DNA of 64,000 nt from Antedon mediterranea (GCF_964355755.1 NC_092670.1:2284201-2348200), one strand, 5' to 3'; positions 23,353-36,353 are shown, counted from the stretch's first letter. Notes: generated by a model from the letters alone, not told the origin. Program-made: numbers and translations.

Positions 23353-25870
23353 GATATTACGACCATACCAACGCCTCGGGCCGGGTTCACAATAGTATAG
23401 ATTGACGTAGTATGGTCCTGGAATTCCAGAAATGTGCCACTTGCCCCGACCCAGATCGGGCAAGTACGGATTTTAAAGCAATTTAAAATGCGTATTTTTA
23501 GCATTAATTTAGTAAACACCACTTTTAAAGTGGCCATATGACCACACACCGACGCCTCGCGTCGGGTACACAATAGTATAGATTGACGTAGTATGGTCCT
23601 GGCATTCCAGAAATGTGCCACCTGCCCCGGCCCAGTGCGGGCAAGTACGTGTTTTAAAGCAATTTCAAATGCGTATTTTTAGCAATAATTTACTAAGAAT
23701 TAATAGCACCACTTTTAAAGTGGCCATATGACCACACCACGACGCCTCGGGCCGGGTACACAATAATATAGATTGACGTAGTAGGCCTATGGTCCTGGCA
23801 TTCCAGAAATGTGCCACTTGCCCCGGCCCAGTGCGGGCAAGTACGGGTTTTAAAGCAATTTAAAATGCGTATTTAGTGTTATTTTACTAAGTATTAATAG
23901 CACCACTTTTAAAGTGGCAATATGACCACACCCCGACGCCTCGGGCCGGGTACACAATAGTATAGATTGACGTAGTATGGTCCTGGCTTTCCAGAAATGT
24001 GCCACTTGCCCCGGCCCAGTGCGGGCAAGTACGGATTTTAAAGCAATTTAAAATGCGTATTTTTTGCATTAATTTAGTAAACACCACTTTTAAAGTGGCC
24101 ATATGACCACACCCCGACGCATCGGGCCGGGTACTCAATAGTATAGATTGACGTAGTATGGTCCTGGCATTCCAGAAATGTGCCACCTGCCTCGGCCCAG
24201 TGCGTGCAAGCGCAAAAGTACGTGTTTTAAAGCAATATTCAAATGCGTATTTTTAGCAAAAATTTACTAAGAATTAATAGCACCACTTTTAAAGTGGCCA
24301 TATAACCACACCCCGACGCCTCAGGTCGGGTTCACAATAGTATAGATTGATGTGTAGAATGGTCCTGGCATTCCATAAATGTGCCACTTGCCCCGGCCCA
24401 GTGCGGGCAAGTAAGTGTTTAAAAGCAATTTCAAATGCGTATTTTTAGCATTAATTTACTAAGAATTAATAGCACCACATTTAAAGTGGCCATATGACCA
24501 CACCCCGACGCCTCGGGCCGGGAACACAATAGTATAGATTGACGTAGTATGGTCCTGGCATTCCAGAAATATGCCACTTGCCCCGGCCCAGTGCCGGCAA
24601 GTACGGATTTTAAAGCAATTTAAAATGCGTATTTTTAGCATTAATTTAGTAAACACCACTTTTAAAGTGGCCATATGACCACACCCCGACGCCTCGGGCC
24701 GGGTACACAATAGTATAGATTGACGTAGTATGGTCCTGACTTTCCAGAAATGTGCCACTTGCCCCGGCCCAGTGCGGGCAAGTACGTGTTTAAAAGCAAT
24801 TTCAAATGCGTATTTTTAGCATTAATTTACTAAGAATTAATAGCACGACTTTTAAAGTGGCCATATGACCACACCCCAACGCCTCGGGCCGGGAACACAA
24901 TACTATAGATTGACGTAGAATGGTCCTGGCATTCCAGAAATGTGCCACTTGCCCCGGCCCAGTGCGGGCATGTACGGATTTTAAAGCAATTTAAAATGCG
25001 TATTTTTAGCATTAATTTAGTAAACACCACTTTTAAAGTGGCCATATGACCACACCCCGACGCGTCGGGCCGGGTACACAATAGTATAGATTGACTTAGT
25101 ATGGTCCTGGCTTTCCAGAAATGTGCCACTTGCCCCGGCCCAGTGCGGGCAAGTACGTGTTTAAAAGCAATTTCAAATGCGTATTTTTAGCATTAATTTA
25201 CTAAGAATTAATAGCACCACATTTAAAGTGGCCATATGACCACACCCCGACGCCTCGGGCCGGGTACACAATAGTATAGATTGACGCAGTATGGTCCTGG
25301 CTTTCCAGAAATGTGCCACTTGCCCCGGCCCAGTGCGGGCAAGTACGGATTTTAAAGCAATTTAAAATGCGTATTTTTAGCATTAATTTAGTAAACACCA
25401 CTTTTAAAGTGGCCATATGACCACACCCCGACGCCTTGGGTCGGGTTCACAATAGTATAGATTGTTGATGTAGAATGGTCCTGGCATTCCATAAACGTGC
25501 CACTTGCCCCGGCCCAGTGCGGGCAAGTACGTGTTTAAAAGCAATTTAAAATGCGTATATTTAGTGTTTTTTTTACTAAGTATTAACAGCACTACTTTTA
25601 AAGTGGCAATATGACCACACCCCGACGCCTCGCGCCGGGTTCACAATAGTATGGATTGACGTAGAATGGTCCTGAAATTCCAGAAATGTGCCACTTGCCC
25701 CGGACCAGTGCGGGCAAGTACGTGTTTTAAAGTATTTAAAATGCGTATTTTTAGCATTAATTTAGTAAACGCCACTTTTAAAGTGGCCATATGACCACAC
25801 CCCGACGCACGCCTCGGGCCGGGTACACAATAGTATAGATTGACGTAGTATGGTCCTGACTTTCCAGAAA
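23353..25870 (+). repeat. Satellite-like array, 181/190-bp units (left arm of E2)
   Basis: About 13 units with GC-rich CCCCGGCCCAGTGCGGGCAAG and CCGACGCCTCGGGCCGGG cores. Confidence 0.95.
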
Positions 25871-25880
25871 CACTTTAAAG

Positions 25881-28620
25881 TGCTTTAAAACACGTACTTG
25901 CCCGCACTGGGCCGGGGCAAGTGGCACATTTATGGAATGCCAGGACCATACTACGTCAATCTATACTATTGTGAACCCGGCCCGAGGCGTCGGGGTGTGG
26001 TCATATTGCCACTTTAAAAGTGGTGCTATTAATACTTAGTAAAAAACACTAAAAATACGCATTTTAAATTGCTTTAAAACACGTACTCGCCCGCACCAGG
26101 CCGGGGCAAGTGGTACATTTCTGGAATGCCAGGACCATACTACGTCAATCTATACTATCGTGAACCCGACCCGAGGCGTCGGTGTGTGGTCATAATGGCC
26201 AGTTTAAAAGTGGTGTTTACTAAATTAATGCTAAAAATACGCATTTTAAATTGCTATAAAATCCGTACTTGCCCGCACTGGGCCGGGGCAAGTGGAACAT
26301 TTCTGGAATGCCAGGACCATACTACGTCAATCTATATTATTGTGTACCCGGCCCGAAGCGACGGGGTGTGGTCATATGGCCACTTTAAAAGTGGTGCTAT
26401 TAATTCTTAGTAAATTAATGCTAAAAATACGCATTTGAAATTGCTTTTAAACACGTACTTGCCCGCACTGGACCGGGGCAAGTGGCACATTTCTGGAAAG
26501 TCAGGACCATACTACGTCAATCTATACTATTGTGTACCCGGCCCGAGGCGTCGGGGTGTGGTCATATTGCCACTTTAAAAGTGGTGCTTTTAATACTTAG
26601 TAAAATAACACTAAAAATACGCATTTTAAATTGCTTTAAAACCCGTACTTGCCCGCACTGGGCTGGGGCAAGTGGCACATTTCTGGAATGCCAGGACCAT
26701 ACTACGTCAATCTATATTATTGTGTACCCGGCCCGAGGCGTCGGGGTGTGGTCATATGGCCACTTTAAAAGTGGTGCTATTAATACTTAGTAAAATAACA
26801 CTAAAAATACGCATTTTAAATTGCTTTAAAACCCGTACTTGCCCGCACTGGGCCGGGGCAAGTGGCACATTTCTGGAAAGCCAGGACCATACTACGTCAA
26901 GCTATACTATTATGTACCCGGTCCGAGGCGTCGGGGTGTGGTCATATGGCCACTTTAAAAGTGGTGCTATTAATACTTAGTAAAATAACACTAAAAATAC
27001 GCATTTTAAATTGCTTTAAAACACGTACTTGCCCGCACCAGGCCGGGGCAAGTGGTACATTTCTGGATCAATGCCAGGACCATAACTACGTCAATCTATA
27101 CTATCGTGAACCCGACCCGAGGCGTCGGTGTGTGGTCATAATGGCCACTTTAAAAGTGGTGTTTACTAAATTAATGCTAAAAATACGCATTTTAAATTGC
27201 TTTAAAATCCGTACTTGCCCGCACTGGGCCGGGGCAAGTGGCATATTTCTGGAATGCCAGGACCATTCTACGTCAATCTATACTATTTTGTTCCCGGCCC
27301 GAGGCGTTGGGGTGTGGTCATATGGCCACTTTAAAAGTGGTGCTATTAATTCTTAGTAAATTAATGCTAAAAATACGCATTTGAAATTGCTTTTAAACAC
27401 GTACTTGCCCGCACTGGGCCGGGGCAAGTGGCACATTTCTGGAAAGTCAGGACCATACTACGTCAATCTATACTATTGTGTACCCGGCCCGAGGCGTCGG
27501 GGTGTGGTCATATGGCCACTTTAAAAGTGGTGTTTACTAAATTAATGCTAAAAATACGCATTTTAAATTGCTTTAAAATCCGTACTTGTCCGCACTGGGC
27601 CGGGGCAAGTGGCACATTTCTGGAATGCCAGGACCATTCTACGTCAATCTATACTATTGTGTTCCCGGCCCGAGGCGTTGGGGTGTGGTCATATGGCCAC
27701 TTTAAAAGTGGTGCTATTAATTCTTAGTAAATTAATGCTAAAAATACGCATTTGAAATTGCTTTAAAACCCGTACTTGCCCGCACTGGGCCGGGGAAAGT
27801 GGCACATTTCTGGAAAGTCAGGACCATACTACGTCAATCTATACTATTGTGTACCCGGCCCGAGGCGTCGGGGTGTGGTCATATGGCCACTTTAAAAGTG
27901 GTGTTTACTAAATTAATGCTAAAAATACGCATTTTAAATTGCTTTAAAATCCGTACTTGCCCGCACTGGGCCTGGGCAAGTGGCATATTTCTGGAATGCC
28001 AGGACCATACTACGTCAATCTATACTATTGTGTTCCCGGCCCGAGGCGTTGGGGTGTGGTCATGGCCACTTTAAAAGTGGTGCTATTAATTCTTAGTAAA
28101 TTAATGCTAAAAATACGCATTTGAAATTGCTTTTAAACACTTACTTGCCCGCACTGGGCCGGGGCAAGTGGCACATTTATGGAATGCCAGGACCATTCTA
28201 CATCAATCTATACTATTGTGAACCCGACCTGAGGCGTCGAGGTGTGGTCATATGGCCACTTTAAAAGTGGTGCTATTAATTCTTAGTAAATTTTTGCTAA
28301 AAATACGCATTTGAAATTGCTTTAAAACACGTACTTGCCCGCACTGGGCCGGGGCAGGTGGCACATTTCTGGAATGCCAGGACCATACTACGTCAATGTA
28401 TACTATTGTGTACCCGACGCGAGGCGTCGGTGTGTGGTCATATGGCCACTTTAAAAGTGGTGTTTACTAAATTAATGCTAAAAATACGCATTTTAAATTG
28501 CTTTAAAATCCGTACTTGCCCGATCTGGGTCGGGGCAAGTGGCACATTTCTGGAATTCCAGGACCATACTACGTCAATCTATACTATTGTGAACCCGGCC
28601 CGAGGCGTTGGTATGGTCGT
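25881..28620 (-). repeat. Satellite-like array, reverse-complement arm of E2
   Basis: About 15 units, reverse complement of the left array. Confidence 0.95.
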
Positions 28621-30159
28621 AATATCGGAACTAAAAAATGTAAATCTGTGATAAAATAGGTACATCTACACTAGGTCTACTTTGGTACGAATTTGGGCCA
28701 GCCGGTCGGCCGCGGCCTAGCGAACGTCGAATAAGGAACCAACTTCAAGAATGAATGTCGAATAGGGAATAAGTAACAGCAGGAGATTGGTTGGTGGCGC
28801 ACGGCATATTTACCGCTGGGAAATTATCATTTTCGAAATTTTGGCCTAGCCTAGCGAATGTCGAACGTCGAATAAGGAACCAACTTCCATTGACGAATGT
28901 CGAATAAGGAATAAGTAACCAACTTCACGGCGCTGATTTTACAGACGTTTTTCTCGCACACAAAATGACTAGCCTACAGTACAGCAGGCCTACCCCATGG
29001 GCCATGTTCAATGTTTTTGTTTCTATGGAACGTCAAAAGAGCAAAAATTATATAGAGGGCTGAAAACTCTGTGGAGTCCATCTACAGTGTGGATGGAACA
29101 ATGTAAAATTAAAATTGTAATTATAATAGTATAATCATGCAAGTACGAAAAAATAAATACTGGCAAATAAATTTTAATTTAAAAATCATGATAAGTTTTT
29201 TTGTTTCGTTTTCTTTCTGTTTTTATAGTTTACTATTATTGTTGCTCTTTTGGCGCTCCATAGAAACAAAAACATTGAGCATGGGGAGCTCGAGGAGTTA
29301 CATTACAACTTATACAAAGAAACACATCTGTAAAATCATCAATTTAAAGGATTTATTTATTTGTTATTATGTGTTTCTCCTTCTGAAAGTACTTATAAGT
29401 CCTAATTTTAAAGTGTGGTGTTCAGGATAAAGTTAGTCAACAAATTTGGAGTCAAAATACAAGAAAGGCAGGTGCGTAAGAAAAACATCATCTGAACCAA
29501 CACAATGGAGTAAATATATACCAACAAACAACCCGTCAAGTTTGTTTGTTGTAAAGAAAAAATATACATTTACTCAACGGGCGAAAATAATGTGAGTTTA
29601 TCTATGTTTTGCGGTAGTATTAAATTATATTTATGGTAATAAATGAAACCTACTGTGTTTAAAATTATGTATGGATAAACAAGTATTGTTTTTAAGCTGT
29701 AGTATATCTTAGTATTTGTAATCTTAGGTGTTGGGTCTTAGCTTTCGTGATCTTAGGTCTTAGGGGGTCTGAGCTTTCGTGGTCTGAGGTTTCGTGACAC
29801 CCGCTTTCTAAGGTAACCTCTGATTGGTCTATAAATCAGAATTTTATATTCTCTAGTACAATGATAAACCAATAAGAAAAGCTCTTTAAAAACTTTAGAT
29901 AGATATTTTCTCCTAAAAAAGATCTACATTTTGATACTAAATTTATTATCATACGCCTTGTAGAAGTCAAGTTATTGCCTTATGAATATTTAATGAGGCA
30001 TAATTTATTTCTTCGATAACAATTTGTAAAAATATACCCTCATTTATTTACCATTTATGTCACTTTTATGAATAGTAAATGAAATAAAAGTATTGTCAGA
30101 GTGTAAATAGAGTATAATAATTATATTTATGTTGCCAAAAATTATGGTGGCCTATAAGT

Positions 30160-30370
30160 GTCACGGCAACTTTAAAAAATATCACGGCAATTTTTTCCAA
30201 AAAAGCCACGGCAATTTGAAAAAAGCCACGGCAATTTGAAAAAAGCCACGGCAATTTGAAAAAAGCCACGGCAAATTAAAAATAAAACATCACGGCAAAT
30301 GAAAAAAAAACATCGCGGTAATTTAACAAAAATACCACGGCAACTTAAAAATGAAACATCCACGGCAAAT
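30160..30370. repeat. ~20-bp tandem repeat (CCACGGCAATTTGAAAAAAG), probable MITE end cut off by the DIRS element
   Basis: About 10 degenerate copies abutting the DIRS terminus. Confidence 0.7.
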
Positions 30371-31012
30371 TAGGAAGATTAAACGAGACTTACCTGTAAG
30401 TTGAAGTTTGATCACTATTTTATGAATATGTGAGTGAGGTGTAAACTGAGATCCCGACGCGCACGCGCACCCTCATACTTTAAATCAAACATGTCCAGAG
30501 TAATAATTTGCAGCGATAAGTATATATATGATAACCTGCATTGTTCTATAATAATAATTGTTTTACTTGGGGTGGGTTGAGGCGGGCAGTTTACACCTCA
30601 CTCACATATTCATAAAATAGTGATCAAACTTCAACTTACAGGTAAGTCTCGTTTAATCTTCCTATTTTATTTCATATACGTTCGCTGTAAACTGAGATGT
30701 TTAAAGCCAACTCTGGAAACATGTTTGAACTGTAAACCAAATAAATGACGGAAATGTTAGTTTCAATAAAACAACTTTATTTCCAAAAGTCTACATTCAT
30801 TCATAAGGATGTTTGCCCTAACGGGCAACTTAAATATGACAACTATCGTGTTGTATTAATAATAAAGCATTTATTTTGCTTATAATCAATAGTCCAACGT
30901 TTTAGGATTCTCACCCTAAAAACATCAATTAGAAAACTAAACAACAATATTAAACTGGTTCAAAATGCAAACAGGGGCTATTTGTTGTAGCCAACAACAA
31001 ACACAACCAATA

Positions 31013-31816
31013 TTAATGAGTTGATGAATCAATTTTTCTCAACAGTGCCTGTTGAAATGACGGATTTTCTACAAATTTTATAGGCTTATTATAATATCTG
31101 TTTAGTGTATGTTCGTTTCTCCACCCAGCTGTTTTCATTATTAAGTCAACCGGGACATTCCTTAATTTTGCTGATGAAGATGCAGCCGCTCGGACCGAAT
31201 GGGCTTTAAATTTTGTTGTATCTACTCCTGCTTCTGATAGACCTGTCCTTATCCATCGAGCAATTGTGTCTTTTGATGCCTCGGCATACGGTTTCTTATG
31301 ACATATAAAAAATCTGTCCTTATTTTCCCTTAAATTACTAGTTTTTTCCCTGTACTTTAGAATTGTTCTGACCGGACATAGGGCAGGGTCTTCACTTTTG
31401 TGGAAAACCACCAGTTGACCTGTGTTGTTTGGTCTGCTAGTTTTTAGTAATGTACAAATGTAAAAGGTGATTGCTTCATTCTCGATATTCATATTTGAAA
31501 ATTTGAAATTATATAAGGTTTGAAGCCTACTTGAGGACAATAATGCTAATAACAATGCTACTTTTATGGTAAATTCTTTAAGCGATAATGTATCATCGTT
31601 AATTGTTCGCCTCAGATAGTCTGTAACTAAGCGAACATCCCAAATTTGTGCATATTTTGGAGTCGGTGGGTTAAAATTGAATAACCCTTTCATAAATCGT
31701 TTCAGTTCAATAGACTCCTCCATGTTTATATTTAAGATTTCGAGAAAATTTACAATTGCGCTTTTCGCCGTACTGATAGTACTATAGCCTAAGCCCTCGT
31801 CCTTCAGCTTTATCAA
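31013..31816 (-). CDS. DIRS tyrosine recombinase (frame extends further 5')
   Basis: SSSRLQ (R), LKTSR (K), LCPVR, AHSVRAA (HxxR), AGW...RYYNK (Y). Confidence 0.9.
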   Translation of the reverse strand: MIKLKDEGLGYSTISTAKSAIVNFLEILNINMEESIELKRFMKGLFNFNPPTPKYAQIWDVRLVTDYLRRTINDDTLSLKEFTIKVALLLALLSSSRLQTLYNFKFSNMNIENEAITFYICTLLKTSRPNNTGQLVVFHKSEDPALCPVRTILKYREKTSNLRENKDRFFICHKKPYAEASKDTIARWIRTGLSEAGVDTTKFKAHSVRAAASSSAKLRNVPVDLIMKTAGWRNEHTLNRYYNKPIKFVENPSFQQALLRKIDSSTH

Positions 31817-32038
31817 GAAATCGAGGACGTGACCGGTGTTTAGCTGTTGCCATGTGATTCCTCTGATTTCACAAAAGTCTATAAATTTTGTTAGCTGTGA
31901 GTTATATTGCTTCCACGTTGACCGTCTCCAAGATTGCAGAATGACGTCTGCTGCAGTATTGCTTATTCCTTTGTTGTAGAGTTCCGCCCTGATAGCCTGC
32001 AGGCAAAAAGGTTAAGTCTGTTATAAAGGGGATGACAA

Positions 32039-33185
32039 TCATCTGAACCACAATGTTAAGGCATGTTTGGTATTCTTAAACCTCAGTGGTTCCCCAACCA
32101 TCATTGATAGTAATTTGGGATACCAATACTGTGTTGGCCAGTTTGGGACCACCATGATAACTATGGCATTATCTGTCAATATTTTTTGCAAACATCTACC
32201 TATAGGGCAGAACGGCGGAAAAGCATAGAGCTTGGCAGAGGACCAATTTTGTAGAAATGCATCGATACCAATTGAATCTGGGTCCGGTTTCCATGATATA
32301 TATTTCGGAAGCTGTGCATTGTGCCTAGAAGCGAATAGGTCTATATCCAGTTCGCCGAATGTTTTAGTGATTTTTATAAACAATTCTTTGTTAAGCATCC
32401 ATTCTGTCTCATCTTTAAACTGACGAGACTTTGCATCAGCTATTATATTATCTCTACCTGGGATGTATTCTGCACTTATCCAAAAATTGTTCTCAATACA
32501 ATGCACCAAGACCAGATGGCTTTTGAAATTTTATTGCACGCAATTGATTTTGCACCGCCCATGTTGTTTATGTAAGCTACTGCCGTGGTATTATCACCCT
32601 TCAACCTTATGTGCTTAGCTTTTCTCTCACGGGACAATGCTTTAAGGCCGAAAAAAAGCAGCCAGCAATTCTAAGTAATTAATATTTAGTGCCCCTGTAG
32701 CATATGCAATGTCTAGGTCTTTGTTTATCCACCTTCCCCCAGTGTGGGTATGTCCATCAGTGGCACCCCAGCCTAGACCACTAGCGTCTGTCTCAATTGT
32801 TAGGTCGGGGTACCCATGATATATCAATTTATATGCGTCTTTGACATTATTTTGCCACCAAAGAATATCGTCCCGTCCATTGACGGAAATACTAATAGGC
32901 CTATCGTAATGGCCTTTATTTAGTTTTAGAGCTAGTATTTTCTCCTTCTCTAGTGCCCTATAATGAAGCTTTCCATACTCTACAGCAGGTAGTGTTGCTA
33001 TAATTTTGCCTAAAAATTGCGCAACTTTCCTAATGGTAGTATGACTTAATGTAAGTATGTGTTTACTTTGAACTCTAATTTCCTCCTTCTTGTGATATGG
33101 AAGGGAAACCGTCATACTTATAGAATTTATTTCAAATCCCAAGAAGGTTATGATCTGCGTAGGATTCATTACTGATTTTTCTCTA
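32039..33185 (-). pseudogene. DIRS pol 3' half: RT end, RNase H, adenine-methyltransferase-like domain; frameshifted
   Basis: TDASGLGWG...INYLELLA, YIPGRDNIIADAKSR, IDLFAS, YAFPPF. Frame breaks near 32645 and 32515. Confidence 0.85.
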
Positions 33186-34539
33186 TCTATATTATAAGTG
33201 AGAGAGTTTGTCTGTCTGTTTGTTTGTTTGTTCGTTATACAAAATTTTGTTACTGCACATAATCTTACATATGGGGTATCAAAATGACCGTAATTGTACC
33301 GGGAATGTTCTAAGCTATATTTCTACATCATCCGCCACCTAGGATCCAAGTTAGGGACCAAAATGTGGTCAAACCCCCCACTTTCGATGTTTGTTCGTTA
33401 TAAAAATTTCTGTTTCTGCACGTAACCATACGTATGGGGTATTAAAATGATGGCAATTGTACCCGGAAGGTTTTAAACTACATTTAAAAAAATTCCCCTG
33501 ACTCCTGGGGTTTTTGTGGGAGGGGTGGGAGGAGTGGGCGGGGGTGGTGTGGTGCTTTGTGATGTCATTTTTTGCTAGGGCTCGGGGTTGTAGGCTATTG
33601 AATTGTAAAATTATACTACAAAAGTTTTACAGTATTTTAATTATCCTCAGCAAGGCGTATATAGATATACATATTTTATTCATTAACCAATATGACACCT
33701 ATTCATTTACACATTTAGCAAAGTACTTTAACCATATCCAGCTATGTATCGTCTCTTGGATTGTCTCAGTACAAACATCCATTCCTGTGTGAACATACAA
33801 ACGTTGTTTACTGTGTTCAACTACACCACCAATCCTCCAAGGGAAAAACGTGGGGTTGGGAGATAGGGTTTGGGTTCAGGGGATAGTGGGGGATTTTGCT
33901 TACACCAGAATTGTGGTTGGAAAATGTTAAAGTATTTAATCATCCCTGGGAAGCGGATGGGAGGTTGGGGTGGGGATGTAGGCCTATCACCATGACCGAA
34001 ACTGTATTTGAAAACTGCCACTGAGGGATTATGGGTTGGGAGTGATAATAACATAATTTGTACTGGGGTGTAGTGTAGTAGGGGGAGGAGGAGCGAAAAT
34101 ACTAGCGTAATGAAGTAGCCTATATGATTGGATTGTACTAAGGAAAGTTACTAAATTTGAACTGTCCAGGGGAGGAGTCAAGGTTTGTTGGTGGCTGGGG
34201 TGGTGAAAGGAGAAAGAAGGCTGGGGGGCCGCAGTATCTAAATTACATATTTTAATTATCAGCCAATATGACACCTATTCATTTACACAATTTACAACGT
34301 ACCATTTAACCATTATTAGACCCATCGTAGCTATGCATACTCCTCTCAATTCGAAGCTTAGGTTGAATTGAATTTGTCCATCACTGGGAAGAATTTATTT
34401 TTAAGAAAGAGTATGGGGTGTTATTGAAGAGGGGTGGAGGTTGGCGAGTACAGACAGATACTCATGGCGTCGGGTGTTATGTACTGAGAAGGCTGTAAAC
34501 TAATTTTGAAACCCGCCCTGGGGCGGGTATAATTGCTAG
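33186..34539 (+). mobile_element. Non-autonomous Helitron inserted in the DIRS RT
   Basis: Starts TC, ends CTAG, inserted between A and T with no TSD. Hairpin ACCCGCCC-TG-GGGCGGGT at 34511-34528. Removal restores SLGFIINREKSVMNP. Confidence 0.92.
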
Positions 34540-35210
34540 TTAATGATAAAACCCAATGAGGCTAGAAGTTCACTAGTTTCCCTGGCGGTACCGCCGGCCA
34601 AGTCTTCTGACTGGTTTATACACAAAATGTCATCAATGTAAACCAACAGAATATGCCCTCTGCTGCGCAAAAACGCAATTGGGGGCTTCAATAATTTCGT
34701 GAAAAGTCTAGGCCCTGAGCTAAGCCCATTAGGCAATGCGACAAACTTATACAGGTTGTCTTTCCAAACAAATTTTAAATATTTAGTGTCCGACTCTGCT
34801 ATGGGTACAGTAAAATATGCATCTTTGAGGTCGACTGACGTCATATATACACCTGGTGAAATTAGTGTCAATGCATTTCCAAACATTTCCATTTTGAAAT
34901 GTTTGTATGTCACATATTCATTTAATGTAGAGAGGTCTAATATCATTCTGAACCCTCCATCATTCTTTGGCCTTGTAAAAATATTTGATACAAACTGGAC
35001 CACCCCTTTTGATATCAATTTAACTATTTGATCATCAATAGCCTCCATATCCATGTTGCTGAGTTTGTATGGATGAGGTATTTTTCCTTTTAGGTGGTAG
35101 GGTAAGGCTTTATTAAACTATATTTTATATCCTGAAACCGCATTTAGGATGTATGGATCCGAAGTATATTTTTTCCACCTATGTATATATGACCTGAGTC
35201 GACCTCCTAC
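34540..35210 (-). pseudogene. DIRS reverse transcriptase, 5' part
   Basis: GGRL...W...DPYIL, FRMILDL, DLKDAY, LPNGLSSGPRLFTK, YIDD; stop at 35118. Confidence 0.88.
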
Positions 35211-36353
35211 TATGTCATCAAGGTTATCATGTTTGTTGACCTTATTGTTAGGAGAAATACTTCTATTATCAATCGACTCATACCTCTTCGGCTGTTGTTT
35301 TAGGTCCTTTTTCCCCTGATAAAATTTGGTCTGGTTGTAGTTGTTTGTTGACCATTTGTGTCGCCGGGTTTGACCTAAAAAAGGTTTGCCATTTCTATTG
35401 TATGGCTGGTATCTGTAGTTGTTGGACCTGGTCTTTGGTTGGTACGACTTAAAATTAAATAAGCCTGCCGTAGCCTTCCTTTCCTCATCCAGTTTTTTAA
35501 CTGTAGTACTCAGGTCACCAAATAAATACTCTGCAGGCTTAATGCTGGGTTTACATAAATGAGTATATTTGGCATTTATTTCCGGTTTCAACATCTCCTT
35601 ACGAAGTGCAAGTAACTCGAAGTTCGCATTGGCAAGTAGGCCGATTGTGTCCTGTGCTATCTCCGATGACTCATTTCCATCAACTAATTTAGCAAGGGCG
35701 GTAATTCCCTTTATCAAAGGTTTTTGTACCTTTTGAAATTTTAGATCGTTAGACCGTGCCCTTGGTGTAATGGAATCCCAAATAGTTGGATTGACCTTTG
35801 GCACCATTAGGGCCTCTAGATTTTCCGGTATAGGATAGCTTTTGATCAGCTCGGTCATTACACTCTCACTCATATGCGAGTGCAATAAGTATGTTAGCGT
35901 GTACAGCCAACTCTTGGCTGACTGCTGGTGCCAATTCGTTAGAAACAGCAAATCTTGCTGCAAAACCCGGAGGAAGGGGGCCTTTGACCTTACTATTACT
36001 ATTAGTGGCTGGCCGCTCAGGATTTTCATCCTTCTTGGATAGTTGTGTACTACCTGTTACTTCCCCCTCCTCCAGGTCAGACACATCACGTTCGTACTGA
36101 TGATGCCTATCGTAAATGTTACTCGTGAGGCTAACCACCGAGCTACTGTCATCATATTCATTGTTGTGACATTGTGATGACATTTGTGTCATCAACTGAG
36201 ATAAAAGGTCGTGCGTTGACTCATTTATTTGTTGAGCAGCCTTCGTCTCTTTAACCTGCTGCTCAACCAACCGCTCAAGGTTTTCAACCCTAGCCTCATA
36301 GTTCAGGCCTACTCCGACCTGCTGATTAGGCTGCAGCACGTTAGTGCATGATG
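35210..36353 (-). pseudogene. DIRS Gag-like ORF1, frameshifted and 5'-truncated
   Basis: YPIPENLEALMVPKVNPTIW...D.KFQKVQ...EYLFGDL; frame switch at about 35870. Confidence 0.7.

Larger units (their letters stand above)
21152..28934. mobile_element. E2: foldback element with multi-kb inverted arms built of tandem repeats, 9-bp TSD
   Basis: Ends AGCGCCGTGAAGTTGG.../...CCAACTTCACGGCGCT. GATTTTACA duplicated at 21143-21151 and 28935-28943. Arms invert at about 25871-25882. Confidence 0.9.
21025..29480. mobile_element. X1: imperfect inverted-repeat MITE-like sequence inside E1, split by E2
   Basis: CGCACCTGCCTTGTATTTT... left arm resumes after 28943; its reverse complement ends at about 29480. 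A second family member lies at 21535-22360. No TSD identified. Confidence 0.6.
20929..29802. mobile_element. E1: outer non-autonomous TIR element (Mutator-like), 10-bp TSD
   Basis: TIR of about 85 bp GGGTGTCACGAAACCTCAGACC... at both ends. GCTTTCTAAG duplicated at 20919-20928 and 29803-29812. Confidence 0.85.
30371..36353 (-). mobile_element. DIRS1-like tyrosine-recombinase retrotransposon, 5'-truncated and decayed
   Basis: Order gag, RT, RNase H, methyltransferase-like, YR. Terminal sequence 30371-30448 is complementary to an internal complementary region at 30587-30664. Confidence 0.92.

Noticed and set aside
23353-28620. CRISPR-like array
   Set aside because: Whole units repeat with no unique spacers; no cas genes; eukaryotic context.
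23328-28651. Many 'MAHFW...' ORFs
   Set aside because: Translations of the satellite units, mirrored on both arms, with no protein features.
31013-32509. Phage integrase plus DNA methyltransferase as a prokaryotic insert
   Set aside because: Both are standard DIRS1 components and lie in the expected order after RT and RNase H.
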